NCBI GenBank assembly: GCA_029717555.1
Contig: JAMDHS010000082.1
Coordinates: 1 to 64,000, forward strand
Length of the DNA: 64,000 bases
Source: Peribolospora baueri
Lineage: Eukaryota
Direction: 5' to 3'
A program made the translations under genes and the position numbers. The notes beneath the pieces are model-generated. The model made no database searches. It saw only the letters and a list, made by a program, of their open reading frames with translations, and was not told where the DNA came from. Below are positions 25,045-38,119 of the stretch, piece by piece (position 1 is the first letter of the stretch; the number at the start of each line of letters is the position of its first letter).

Positions 25045-27341
25045 ATGACGGTCGTGGTCACCCTTCCAGGCTGGACGGCGGAGAGCGTTAACGTCGCCGG
25101 CGATCATCCGTCGTTCGTGGAAGAGTCCACCGAGGTGTACAGCGATCTCATACGAGTGGGGAGGGCGATCAAAGGGGCCAAGAGAGCGGTTGTCGTCTGT
25201 GGTAAGTGTGTCTCTTCACAGGCTCAGGGCATCGTCACCTTCTCAAACATCGTCGCTCTGCTGCCCTTCCAATCTTTGCTCACGACAATTCGCTCCTTCC
25301 CGTGCCGTGCCTTCCAGGCGCCGGAGTTTCCGTGGCAGCGTCGATCCCAGACTTTCGATCCACGTCCGGCCTTTTCACATCCCTCAAGGCGCAGTACCCA
25401 TCCGCAAGGCTCTCTTCGGGCAAAGACCTGTTTTCGCAGTCGCTCTTTGCCTCCCCCGCCACGACTTCTCTGTTCTACTCCATGATAGCCTCGCTCGCAC
25501 AACTAGCTCAGGACGCTCAGCCGACCGATTTTCATCGCCTCCTCAAGCGTATGGATGAAGATGGATGCCTCCGACGATGTTATACGCAGAACATTGACGG
25601 ATTGGAGGAGAAGGCGGGGCTTTCGTCCGGATTAGGCCAATGGGAAGACGCCTCTTTCGGGAGGAGGTGCAAGAAAGCTGGCGATTCGGCCCGGTCCAGA
25701 GCGAGAACGAAGAGGAAGAGAGCGCCGATAGAGGTGTCATCGAAGGCGGCGGCGGGAAGAGCAAGCGATTCGTCTCTACTTGAGCCTGTGAAGGAAGAAG
25801 AGAAGTCGGACTTTACGCGGCTCTTCCCCTTCCCTCCGCGTGATGGTACCTCATCAGGAGAGGCGTCCAAGACGTCGGCTGGATTTCGAGCGCTGCCGTC
25901 GCCCTTGTCGCTGGATTCGAGGTCGCCTTCCCCCTCCGCCAAGCCGACGTCCTCGAACCCGCTCTTCCCGAGGGCGATCCCTCTTCACGGCACTCTCCAA
26001 TCGCTCACTTGCCCGCAATGTTCCTACCGCACCCCGCTCGCCTCGCCGCCGAACCTTGCGCTCCTTGCCGAAGGCAAAGGCATCGCCTGTCCCCAGTGCC
26101 AGGAACTGGATGCCGTTCGGTCCACGGCGGGCATCCGACAGCGTGGAGTCGGCTTGCTCAAGGTCGGGGTTGTGCTCTATGGCGGGCAGAACGAAGGGGA
26201 CGAAAGGATCGCAGATTGCGTGCGAAGAGACCTGAAGGGGGTCAAGGAGGAATGGGAACTACAAAACGGGGACACCAGCAAGGAGGAGGGGAAGAGAGAG
26301 GAGACGCTGGTCCGGGCTACCGGCGTGGACGGAGACGCGTTCGGCGAGATGGAGCGCGAGCAAGCCAAGGGCAAAGCGCACCTGCCGCTCACGCCGCCGC
26401 CGAGTCAGCAACCCACTCCTCCACAGTTGCAGCTATCGGCCTCGCGTTCGGATGCCCCGTCCGAGGCGAGCTTCGTCGCCACCGGCTCCTCCGACGGGCC
26501 CGAGCCACTTGCGCGTCCACCGACAAAGCCGCGCGGGAGAGCTCCCCGGAGCCCGCGACCGGTGCCTCCAGATCTTCTGATCGTCGCGGGAACGACGTTG
26601 AAAGTGCCGGGGACGCGAAAGATGGTGCGCGATTTTGCAAAAGCGGTGCGAGGAGACTCGGGACCGGGTTGGACGAGCTCTTCGTCTTCGTCCTTCGATG
26701 AGAAGGTCCGGCGGAAGGGCGGGGGACGGCCGCGGAAGATCCGCACCGTGCTCCTCAACCTCGACTTTCCGACTCCGGCGAGGGAGTGGGAGGGCGTGTT
26801 TGATGTGTGGGTGCGGGGCGACGTGCAGACGTTTGTGAAGGATTGGGTCGAGGGCGAGCCTTCGACGCCGGTCGTCCGGAACTCTGGACGCAAGCCGTCA
26901 TCGACTGGGCTGGTGTTCGACTGCGTGGACATCCCCCCGCGCGTGGTTGCTCCGACAGCGGCCTCGAACGGTGCGGGATGGACGGCTGCGAAGGGGGGCA
27001 AGCCTTCCGGAGCGCCGTCTGCGCCACAACCCACGCTCACCACCTTTTTCGCCTCGTCGAAGAACAAGGTTGCGACGGCCCACAAGCCCAAGGCCACGCT
27101 CAAGGCCACGCCCAAGGCCACGCTCAAGGCCACGCCCAAGGCCACGCTCAAGGCCACGCCCAAGGCCACGCTCAAGGCCACGCCCAAGCCCAAGCCCAAG
27201 CTCAAGCGACGTCCAGCGGCGGCGGGAGCGTCGGAGGGGGGAGGCGCGAGGAGCGGACGGAGCTCTTCCGAGTCGCTGTCGCCGCCGCCGTCTACGCCGC
27301 CTACGCCGCCTGCTTCGCTCTCGCCGGTCGGTTTGTTGTGA
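25045..27341 (+). CDS. NAD-dependent deacetylase, Sir2 family (Hst3/Hst4-like)
   Basis: VVVC/GAGVSVAASIPDFRS, RCYTQNIDGLE, IPLHG, two CPQC zinc pairs, VVLYG, PDLLIVAGTTLKVPG. Confidence 0.92.
27090..27186 (+). repeat. 12/24-bp coding minisatellite AAGGCCACGCTC-AAGGCCACGCCC, (KATLKATP)n
   Basis: Tandem copies in the sirtuin C-terminal tail. Confidence 0.95.
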
Positions 27342-28745
27342 TGCGGAGGGCCATGTGGGCTCCGAGCGCCTTTGGCCGGCGTGGTGGCTTCGAACTGAGA
27401 TCGGCCTCTTTGTTTGTTTCTGGACGCCTCTTGTGTATTTATCGGATTGTCTTAGAACGAACAAGGTGTGGTCTCTGTCTACCTGTTTGTCTGTCTGTCT
27501 GTCTATCCGCGTCGCGGCTGGCGGTGAAAAGCACACACGCACGGACGAGGCACGTTGGCGACGTGCTAGATCCGCTGCGCTGCCCTGTCTTGTCTCATCT
27601 CACTTCGAGTGGCGGCGGAGGGAGAAGTGTCTCGTCTCGGGGTGGGGACACATGGGCATGGCGAGGAGATCAACCGTTGCCTTGGTTCTCCCTCCGTCGT
27701 CCGTCCTGTCCATCCGTCGGCGTCGTGGGCGGGGGGGTCTGCGTCTTGCGTGCGTCTGCGTCTGCGTCTGCCCCAACCAAACCAACCAACAACACAACTG
27801 CACATACCCTAACCTTTGACTGACCTGCTCCGCGACTGCGGCGCCCGATGCGATCGACCGCCAAGATCGGCGCGTGCGGGCCGTTTGCCGGCGAACGGGA
27901 GGAGGAGTTGGTGTGGGTCGAGGTTGGGTCTGGCTGGGTCGCCCGATTGCGTCGCAGTTGGTGCATTCTTTGAGAGCCGGCCGGCGGCATCGACAAACAG
28001 GCAGAAAGAAAAAAGACAGACGGCGTTCTTCGCGGGCCACACTCACCACCACCGACCCCGCCTTTCTCCGCCGCTCCTTTCTCTTTCCTTCTCACTCGCC
28101 CAACCGCCGTCCATCTTCTTCCTTCCGCGCCCTGCGCTCTTCTTTTCACTCCGCTCTACCCCCGCCGTTCTACCCCCGCCGTCGACTTCGGTACCGCGAC
28201 CTCGACCTCGTACCGACCCGACCTTGCGACCCTTCCGCGACATCGACGTCTGTCTGGTGCACCCGCACGAGCCTCCGTCGATCAAGTCGCAGGGAGCAGA
28301 CCCATTCATTCATTAGTCGAGTCCGGTCGAGTCGAGTCGAGCTCGAGTCGTAGTCGTCGTCGTCGTCGTCGAGCTCGACATCCCTTTCGATCCCTCCCTG
28401 CGTCGCCCCCGTCGCCCCCGTCGCCCCCACCGCGCCGCCCATGTTCGCTGCCTTGGCACGTTATCCGACTCGCAGGCTCGACCTCCGACACGCACACGCC
28501 CACCGGCGTGCGTTACGACCTCGCTCTTGAAACTATCGAGCGCAGGTCCGACCCCCCACTCTCTGTCTGTTACATTCCTCGCAAACCCCGCCACTCACGC
28601 TCACGCCCACCGTCGAACCGGATCGACGACAAACGCCGCGCTCTATCCATCCCCTCCCCTCCGCCGTCCCTGTTCCCCCTGTCTCCCCACTTTGTCTGCG
28701 TCTGGCCGTCGGCCAGGCTGGCAGAGGCGCAGAAGAAGCGGGTCG

Positions 28746-31700
28746 ATGACGAACCCACAAAACAGCCAGGATGCGACCTTTGACGACGTTCGCTTGCCGC
28801 CCTTGCGCGACGTCGATGGTCTTTCCTCGGCCACCAACCCGGCTGCCGCCGCCGCCGCCACCGCCGGTGGCAAAGCGACGCAGGTCACAGCCACACCTGC
28901 ATCTCGAGCAGGACCAGGACCCTCCCTCACGCATCCGCCTGGCGTTATGCCGCTCTCCTCTCCGCCGAAACCGGGGCCACCCACCACCAACGTCCAGCCG
29001 GGCCCCTCCTTCCCGCCCGACATGTCCGCCTCCCCGATGCTGCCTCCTTCAGAGTGCCATTCCATGTCATCATGGGCTCGACCACCACCACCACTACAAC
29101 AACAGCAACAACAGCAACATACGGCCAGGCTCGCCTTCCCCATCGGGGATCTCGTCAACGACGCTTCCTCCTCCTCCTCCCGCCTTCGTTCGCGTTCGTC
29201 CGCCGCCGAGCATGCCCCCCTTCTGCGACGGCCTTGGAGGAGTGACGGCAGCTGGGCCGACGAGATCACGCCGCATCACTCACGATCTCCCGCCGGCGAA
29301 CATGCTCCGCCACGGCGGCCTTGGAGGAGCGACGGCAGTTGGGCCGACGAGGTGACAGGCCATCCTCCGCGGTCTCCGGCCCCCGCAGAAAAGCCCTGGT
29401 CGCTCCGCTATGGCGCTCATGGCCCCTTCCATCGAGATAGTATAGGGAATGCCAGGCCGTCTGTTTCCTACGTACAAGGCAAGCGTGGCCCGGGCCAAGT
29501 TGCGTCCACGCCTGAAGAGACCGCCGTGGTCGAAGGCCGCGCGGAAGAGCTGACAAGGGTTTGTATCGCCTCTCCGACGACGAATCGGACGTGAGCGGTT
29601 CGTGATGGGCCTGCACAGCGCTGATTCTAGCCGTCTTGGTTCCCCTGCTTCGCAGATCCTCCGACACACCCAAGCGCTCTCCGGCTTTGCACACCAGCAC
29701 CTCGACGATTCCAGCCAACCCAACGCCAGGGAAGTGGAGGAGATGACTGGCCGAGCGTTCTCGCTCGTCAAGGCACTTGGCTCCTTGCTCGCGCCGCTGG
29801 GAGAGATTAAGGGCGACGAGTCGAGAGCGCCGAGCGTGAGCTGGGAGGGATTCCGTCGTGCGTAGTTTCTCCTTCTCTTGTCGTTCTCTGGTTCCTCAGC
29901 GGGCACATGGATTTCCGCTCCCTGTCCTCCGCACCTGGCCCGTTGCGAAGCAAGCCGGACTCATCGGGATCTTTTGTCACAATCGTTTTCCTATCCAGCA
30001 ACAAACCTCCCTCCCCGAGGAGACTCGCTTCCCAACGCTTCCCCCACCCAATCTCCTATCCCCCATCGTGCTCTCTCCGCCGCCGCCCCGCGCCTTTCGT
30101 ACACCGGAGCTGGACGAGGTGCCGGTCCGCACTTGGGTCAGAGTCACAAAGAAGGACCCGCCGTCGCCGGCATCGGGCTCGCGGGACCTCCGCGTGGCCT
30201 GCCGTCGTACCTGCAGCACACCTATGCCAACCTTCCACCCGTCCGGAGGTCTTGGGAGATGTATACGCCCACCCCCGCGCCCGCGCCCGCTCCGATCCCA
30301 CCGCCTCCTTCCTCTTCCTCTACCGGTCCTCCCACGGTCGAGCCGGATCCCGGTGGTGGGAGCATGTGGGAGAGGCCCACGGCTTCCAACGCCCATGCGG
30401 CTGCGGGGGCCATCTGGGACAGGTCGAACGCCAACCCTCCTCCCATGGTCGAGCCCGACACCGCCGCCGCGTGGAGCAGTTGGGAGAAGGGCAAGGCCAA
30501 CGCGCCTTCCGTGGCCGAGTCTGACGCCGCCACGGGGAGCATTTGGGATAGGTCGTCGTCGTCGGGCTCCTCCAGCGTCGGATATGTGTGGAAGGATGAA
30601 AAGATGGTCATGCTCGCTCGTGAGTGTTTCGGCCGGCCTTGTTGAACATTGCGTGGGGCGCCCGCGTGGTTGAGCCACGACATGCGCCTCATGAGCTGAT
30701 TTCATCCCTTCGTCTCCGATCAGCCTCGCGGAAACACTCGAGAGCGCCCTCTCCAGAGTACCATCACCCGAGCAAGTCGCACCATCCCGTCCCGCGGGAC
30801 GCACAGACCCAGTTTCCGACAACCATGGCCGTCACACCCATTCCAGCTTTATCGTCCTCCATACCCTACGGTCGTGCTGGCGACGTTGCCAAAGGTGCCG
30901 CGGAAGAAAGTTTCGCATCATCGTCCAACGTCACCACCGACGTAACGGTGCAAGGCGACCGCGACCGCGACCGCGACGGAGAGCGGAGGTACGCCTCGTC
31001 ATCGTCGTCCGCCGCCGTTCCACCTCCTCCCTTGGGCATGATCGCTCTCGCCTCGTCGTCGGATAGCGCGCCCTCGTCCGCTTTTCGTCCCGACGTTCCT
31101 CCTTCTTCTGCGGCTAGTGGCGGTGGCGGTGGCGGTGGCGGTCAAGCTATGAGGGGTGCTTCGGTGAGGATCGAATGCGGCCACAGTCCCTGTTCGGATC
31201 TGTCCATCCGTCCGTCCGTCTTCGTCGATGGCCGATCAGGGCGAATGTTGACTTTTGGCGGTCCTCGTCTCGCCTTTTCTTCGTTTTGGCCAGCGACTCC
31301 GTGCAAAGGCTCTCTCCGATCAAGGTGCCACTCACCCGTCTTTTGCGGGCAGCGGCCAAGGGTCGGCTGAGGTGTTGTTGGGCGACGGAAGCGCTGGAGG
31401 GGATGCCGGTGGCGGTACCTCGTCATCTTCGGTCCTCGGAAGGGATGACGACGAGAGACGGCAAGAAATTTTTGAAAAAGTAAAGTACAAGAAGCGAAGT
31501 GTGAGTTGTCTCCTCTTTCATTCTCTTCTCTCTTCGCCGATCTGATACCACCTCACTCGTTCCCTTTTCCCAGCGGGCCGCCCCTCCCTCCCGATGCCAA
31601 GCTTGTGGGACGAGCGATACGCCGGAATGGAGGCGGGGTCCGGACGGGGCGAGGACGCTTTGCAATGCTTGCGGATTGCGTGAGTCGGTACTCCCGCCGG

Positions 31701-32062
31701 GTTTGATCTAGATTCCCCCCCGCTTTTCTTGCCCTTCCAAGGCTCACGTCACTTGCATTTCCTCTTCTATCACCACACCACAAGAATACGCCAAGCTCAC
31801 TCGACGGCGCTCCGCGAAAGCAGACTCGGACGGGACCGTGGAACGACCGGTCGACCTCGAGATGCTACGAGCATCGACACGCGCTGCCGCAGGAGTGCCG
31901 CCCGCTTCCGTCGCCATGTCGTCCGAGGATTCTCCTCTCCCCCCTCCGCGTTCCTGCTCGCCTTCCGCGCTCGTTGTGGATGCTGTCGGACCGGAGACGG
32001 TTGCTTTGGGCACTGTGGCCCAACAGAGCCGTCCCTCGCCTGCGGGGATGGATGAGCAATAG
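28746..32062 (+). CDS. GATA zinc-finger transcription factor (NsdD/Gat201-like)
   Basis: Spliced [46 protein letters not shown] near 31480-31800; upstream Pro/Ser-rich exons; start position uncertain. Confidence 0.85.
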
Positions 32063-32882
32063 CCCCTCGTTCCTCAGCTCGTTTGTTAGCATCCTAGCAT
32101 TCCCCCACCGTCGTTTGCATTGCTTCTCTGTAATTAGTAAAGCTTCCCCTTCTTCATCCTTCCTTTCTTCCCCTCTACAGCAATGCCTTCCGGCGGCTCT
32201 TCGCTCCCTCGCACCACACCCCCAAGCATCCTTCTTCTACGCACAATCCTCCCTCTCACTCCGTAAATGTAGCAACATCATCGTCCATCAGGCCGCCGTA
32301 GTCCCTTCGCAGCATCTATCCCCTTCATTTTCTTACCTTTCCCCTTCTCTAACTATTCTTACTCGTGAGATCTCCTTCGCCGCATCTTACCCCTTCCGTG
32401 ATTCTATCCGTCTGATCCCAAGTCTTCCATATACTCCGGACCGCGGTCCCCTTCTGCGCGTTTTACTACCCATACGGAATGTTCCGGTTGACCTGCACCG
32501 CCTGCTCTGCGTGTGTCGTTCCGGTCCCGGTACCCTGCTGACCCCGTCCTTTCCGCTCACCTACCTACACCTTGTTAACAACCGGCAATGACTGCGGTAA
32601 ATCCATCGTCATCCTCTCACCCAAGCGTAACCCTTCGCCTGTGCTCCAGCAGCAGTGAATTCCCACGGTTAGATCGCCTCTCTCGTCCCTTTAAGCCACT
32701 GCCGGCCTTTCATTAAGAATTTTAAACGGAATCAATCAACCAATATATAATCATACCTGTCCCGTCTCAGAATCAGCGTATGGATTATGCCTAGGACGAT
32801 AGCGAACAGTGCGAAGTACAGTGCTCGTCTCTGGATCCCACGTCTGCGCGTTTCTCGTCCTGTGCCGAGGCCGTCTTCAGCT

Positions 32883-34563
32883 ATGACGACCCCGACGACG
32901 GCCGCTCCTTCCGCCGCCGTCTCCAGGCCGCCCGCAGCGTTCTATCGCTTCGACGACGTCACCCGTTTGTGGAAGAGTGGGCTCAAGGACGAGAAGCAGA
33001 AGCAGGCTCTGCAGGAGTTTCTGAGTCGAAAGTCTCTCACAGAAGGTCACCCTCTGAACAACGGAAAGCAGGGCATCGAGCTTTGGGTTGGTGAGTTGAA
33101 CCGACGTTTTATTTGTCTGGGCGGATAGCGAAATTTGGTCGCGGTCTGTGCTCGTTCACCTCGCTCAAGATGTTTGTCCACTTCTTTATGACGGCCATCC
33201 AGGAACTAAGGCCTCCGGTGTGGAGGCCCTTCTGTTCTCGGCGCCGCAAGTGCAATATATCGCGGACCACCTTCACGTCCCGCTGCCTTCTTCTTCCCGT
33301 CATCTGCTCCCATCCCACAAGTTCTCCACACCGCCAGTGCCCCGCTTCTTCCCTTCCTTAGAAGACCTCAAAGCCATGATCAAGGCCATCACTAGCCACA
33401 ACAAGACGATCAAGAATGCGTCTTCCCAAGTCACCTGGGTGGCCGAGTTCGAGGCCACGCAAATGGCTTGGAGGCGGGGTGCCCAGTTCGGCGAGGGCGC
33501 TTGGCTGGCGATTGACTTTGAGCATTGGGAGAGGGACACTCATAGCATCATCGAGGTCGGATGGAGTGTCCTGGCGTGGGAGAAGTTTGAGGGCACCCAA
33601 GAGCAGCTGTCCGAGGCACACGTCGGATTCCTTGCAACGTCGGGCGGAGGAAACGCGACCACCTCGTCGTCGGATCAGGCCCCACCCGTACGATTTGTGC
33701 CTCGTCTCCGCGCACATCACTTCTGCCCATCGGAGCACATGTCGAAAAGAAACGGCCGCTGGGTAGCCGACCATAAGGATCACTTTCTCTTCGGCGAAAC
33801 GATTTACACCCCGCTCGAGGACATTTGCGGACGTCTGCAACAAGCAATCGACGAGCTCAGGAGGAGACCTGTTCCTTCAAATTCCCATGGACTGGCTGAG
33901 GAGAGTGGCGCGCGTGCCACTGGCGACCCTTCGCCCGTCTACGTTGTCTTCCACGACAAGAGGGGCGACCTCAAGTCGTTGGAGAGTATGGGGATCGACA
34001 TCAACGACTGGGTACACAACATCACTCTGGCGGCGAGGAACGAAGACGAGGAAAAGGCTACGGACCCAACGACGACCGCGAGGAAACGGACGTTGGGGAA
34101 GGTGCACATCCTCGACACGTCCAAACTCTTCGCAACGATAGAGGGACGGAGCGCCAATGGCAACACGGCCTCTCTCAAAAACATGTGCGCCTCTCTTCGA
34201 GTGGGCTCATTGGTCGACCCAGCCGATCCACCTCTTTGGACCGATGCGCCCGAGAAGCCGGAGGAGGTGGAAGCGCGCATGTGGAAAGGGAACGGCAATA
34301 TGGTGGACGGGTTGGCGTCGTTACACAATGCGGGTGAGTGGATGCGAAATGGCTCGTGCTCGTATCGCGTGCCGCCGTTGTGATCTCGCTATATTGAGCC
34401 CTGCATTCGTTGACTGGTTGTGTATCGTCCCGTCCTGGACTTGTCAGGCAATGACGCCCACCTCACTCTCCTGGCTCTTCATGCCATGGTCTCCGGACCA
34501 CCGCTGCTGGTCCAGCGCCAGGAACGCTTCGGTGAGCCGGCGCCGCCGTCTCAGAGAGCGTAG
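32883..34563 (+). CDS. DEDD-type exonuclease, Gfd2/YDR514C/QIP-like
   Basis: WLAIDFEHWE...IIEVGWS, NGRWVADHKDHFLFGET, VFHD, ILDTSKLF, LHNA/GNDAHLTL; start could be 32787 and the 3' end may extend by splicing. Confidence 0.8.
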
Positions 34564-35646
34564 CGGGTGTCATGGCTGGATCGAGCAGGGAAAGCGATCA
34601 CCGCGATGAGAGTGGCACGTCGTAAGTAGCACAGAGCGTCACGACCACATGGGCCGACATGGAAACCAAAGTTGTCGGCGAACCTGCCCAAGGCTGTGGG
34701 CCCCAACCAGGTGCGGGGTCGGACAATACCCGGTAGAACAGCACCGAAACCAACGCCGTCCAACGCAGCATGGCGGATTCAGGTTCAGGTCCGGGCTCCG
34801 GACAGACAAAGACGCACAGCAGTGCGCCGCGTCCGCGGACTCGGGTCCCGCGAGCGTACGAGGGGATGGGAATGCTCGTCAATGTCGGAGGGAGGACTGC
34901 GCCTTTCGGTTCTTCGAATAACAAGAAGCCAGCCAGTAGACGCCGTCGCAGGCCCAGGAAATCTAAACCGGGATTGAATACGACAACTGCAGACGAGTGA
35001 AGACGACCGCCTCTAGACCTGGTTCGATGATCGCCCATCGGCCCTATAGCATTTGCCCTCATGGAACCGTATGTTATTGAACAGACAGGACGGATATGGC
35101 TACACCTATGCTCTCTGAAAACGATTTCCCAAGTGTCATCCCATGTACTACTATACAAGATTTGTCGGAAGAGCCAACACCCCCACGCGTGCTCCATCTG
35201 AGTGCAAACCTTCCGAAAATGTCGAAGGAGTCAAAAACGAGAGAAAGTAATAGTTAGCCGAGAGACCTCTCGCATCAAACTCCTCAATAACTTCGCACGG
35301 CCCGCCTTGGTCACAACGGGATGGGTTCTCCGAGAGAGATCAGATAGGAGCGAAAGACAAAAATGATGCTAATCATCCTCATCGAGGTCCGAAGATCTCA
35401 GTAGGATTGAACTATGCTTGATTTTGGATGTCATCGTTTCGGGGAGACCGCCATGACCGAGGCGAGAAACGAACGGCGCCCAGACTCGAGTTGCCTGAGA
35501 CCCATAGATGAAAGTGGTGCTCACCATGACAAGAAAATATGTTTCGCTGTGGGTTGGCAATATGCATTTCTCGTTCGAAAGGCCACCACCGAAGGTAGCG
35601 ATCGGGTGATTCGAAGGTACTGCTGCGGTTGCCGTGCGTAATTGAC

Positions 35647-35659
35647 AACCCTAACCCTA
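35647..35659 (+). promoter_or_regulatory. Telomere-like AACCCTAACCCTA motif upstream of RPL5
   Basis: About 130 bp upstream of the ATG; function inferred only. Confidence 0.35.
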
Positions 35660-35785
35660 CTCATATGCGTGTGTATAGTTTTATCGTCCTGCGGAGGACT
35701 GCGAAGCTTCGCCCCAAGTCTGGTAGTCCAGTCCGTCTCGCTCGCCATCCATCAAGATCCTCTATAGGGCCGCCCATCACTCATC

Positions 35786-37482
35786 ATGGTAAGCAGCGCA
35801 AGGGGGCGGGGAGGGTTGGAAAGCGGGCGCGGGTTCGTCATGGTCAGCGTTGCGACGATGAGCGAGCTAACGTAGTGTCTGTCGCCTTCCCATCGCCGTC
35901 GGTCGAACAGCCGTTCGTCAAGCAGGTCAAGTCTTCCTCCTACTTCTCTCGGTACCAGACCAAGTACCGCCGTCGCCGCGAGGGTAGGACGGACTACTAC
36001 GCCCGGCGCCGCCTTGTCAGCCAGGCGAAGAACAAGTTCAACGCGCCCAAGTACCGCCTCGTCGTGCGCTTCTCCAACAAGTACGTTACCGTCCAGATCA
36101 TCTACGCTAAGCTCCAGGGCGACTTCGTCGTTGCGAGGGCCAGCTCGGCCGAGCTCCCTCGTTACGGCATCAAGCACGGTCTTGCCAACTGGACTGCTGG
36201 TGAGTGGCATGAAAGACGTGAGATGGTGGCTTGGGAGGCTTGGTCCGGAGCGACAGGAGAAAGAGATTGGAGGAAAGCACGAACGGAGTTGAGAGCAGGG
36301 CGGTGGTCCACGCGTGGTGATGTGCAGTGGATAAGGACGAGAGAAGGCGCATATTGGACAGAAATGTGTCATTGGCATTGGCCAACGATGGATTTGAAGG
36401 TCTCCTGGCTGATGAGGAAAAGGAAGGTATGAACTAGCCCGCTCACTCCCCGTCTGCCCATTTTGTCTATCTCTCTAGCCTACGCTACTGGTCTCCTCTG
36501 CGCTCGCCGTGCCCTGACTCAGCTCGGCCTTGCGGACAAGTACGAGGGCGTGGTGGAGCCCGATGGCGAGTTCACTCTCACCGAGCCTCTCGGCGATGAC
36601 GAGCCGCGACCCTTCAAGGCCTTCCTCGACGTCGGTCTCAAGCGTACGTCCACCGGTTCCCGTGTCTTTGGTGCCATGAAGGGCGCCAGCGACGGTGGTA
36701 TCTTTGTTCCGCACTCCGAGAAGCGGTAAGTTTTTGTCTAATTAGGATCAGTGGGATTATCCTTCCTTGAGCTAGTCAAACTCACACGTACCGTCCCGCA
36801 CTTCCTAGCTTCCCCGGCTACGACCCTGAAGCTAAGGAGCTTGATGCTGAGACCCTCCAGAAGTACATGTGAGTGCGCGGGCAATTATCCGTCTATATCG
36901 AATAGGCGACGGGACGCCGGATTGCGCATCATCGGCGAAAGGAAAGGCAGAATGGAGTGCAGACCTGGTCAACTAGGTTTGAGCCATGGAGGAGCGGGGT
37001 GGGACTTGAGCCTGCTCCAGAGAGCGGGCAAGGCTTAGCCTTGACAGGATTTTGATGCTGACTTCCATGAACGGACGTGCCCTTCCAGTGTCGGCGGCCA
37101 CGTTGCGGAGTACATGGAGTCCCTTGAGGAGGAAGACGACGAGCGATTCAAGAAACAGTTCGCCTCGTACTTGGGTGAGTTCACTTCAGGTTCTTCTTAT
37201 TGCCCCATTTTACGTCTCTTCGGCCGCTCAAGTTTGCTGACGCTCCCATTGTTCATCGTTCATCGCTGTGCAGAGGATGACATTGGCTCGGACGACCTCG
37301 AGGAGATCTACACCAACGCTTTCAACAAGATCCGTGAAGACCCGAGCTTCAAGCCCACCGAGAAGACCAAGGACTGGAAGGCCGAGTCGAAGAAGTACAA
37401 GCAGACCAAGCTGTCGTACCAGCAGCGCAAGCAGAAGATCGCCGACAAGATTGCGGCTTTCGAGGCGGGCAAGTCTGCGTGA
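35786..37482 (+). CDS. RPL5: 60S ribosomal protein L5 (uL18)
   Basis: ATG-only first coding exon, then [77 protein letters not shown]. Confidence 0.98.
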
Positions 37483-38119
37483 TTTGGTCCTGTGCTTTCT
37501 TCTTTCTTTATCCCCCCACCCCCCTCCCTCGGCCTTTGCTTCTCTCCCCCTCTGTCACACTACCTCAAAAGCGATCATTCTCGCTGCCCCTACACGCGGC
37601 GAGCCCATGTACTTCTCCGTTTTTCGGACCCCAATGCCTCCGTTCACTAGGTCGCAGAGCTCCTGGCGTCGTGAGACAACGTCGGCATCAGCAATGCAAT
37701 TATGCTTCACTGCTGTCTGACAATTGTCCGCCGTTTGCTGTAACGTTTCGTAGTCAGCTAGTTGGACCGCAGGTCACCTCGTTTGGCCTGTAGATGACCG
37801 ATGTGGTCGTACTCGCGCTCGGGCGTCATTCTGCTTTCTCAAAATGTCCGAAGCTTACGAAACGGCAGCCTTGGGGCCGACACGGGTCGCCCGGAAAAGA
37901 AATGGCACGCGCACATGAACGCCCTTGAGCACCTGCACTCCAAGTAACAACGACCCTTCTTGCCGACACAGAAGGCCCGGGGAAGAAATGGCGTACGGAT
38001 GGGCTCGCGCAGAACAACATTGAAGGACCTCAGTCCAAGCGGTGAGGACAGCGTGGACCGGAGCGCGAAATGAACGCAAAACCAGCCAACGTAGGACTAG
38101 GCTGCTGGTGCGTGTAGGT

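Noticed and set aside
26405..27823. Long alternative-frame ORFs (GVALSVAL, QGHA and RPRPRS repeats)
   Set aside because: Shadow frames of the sirtuin minisatellite in GC-rich DNA
27400..28740. Many overlapping ORFs and (GTCGA)n/(GTC)n runs
   Set aside because: Low-complexity UTR or promoter sequence between the sirtuin and GATA genes; no motif recognised
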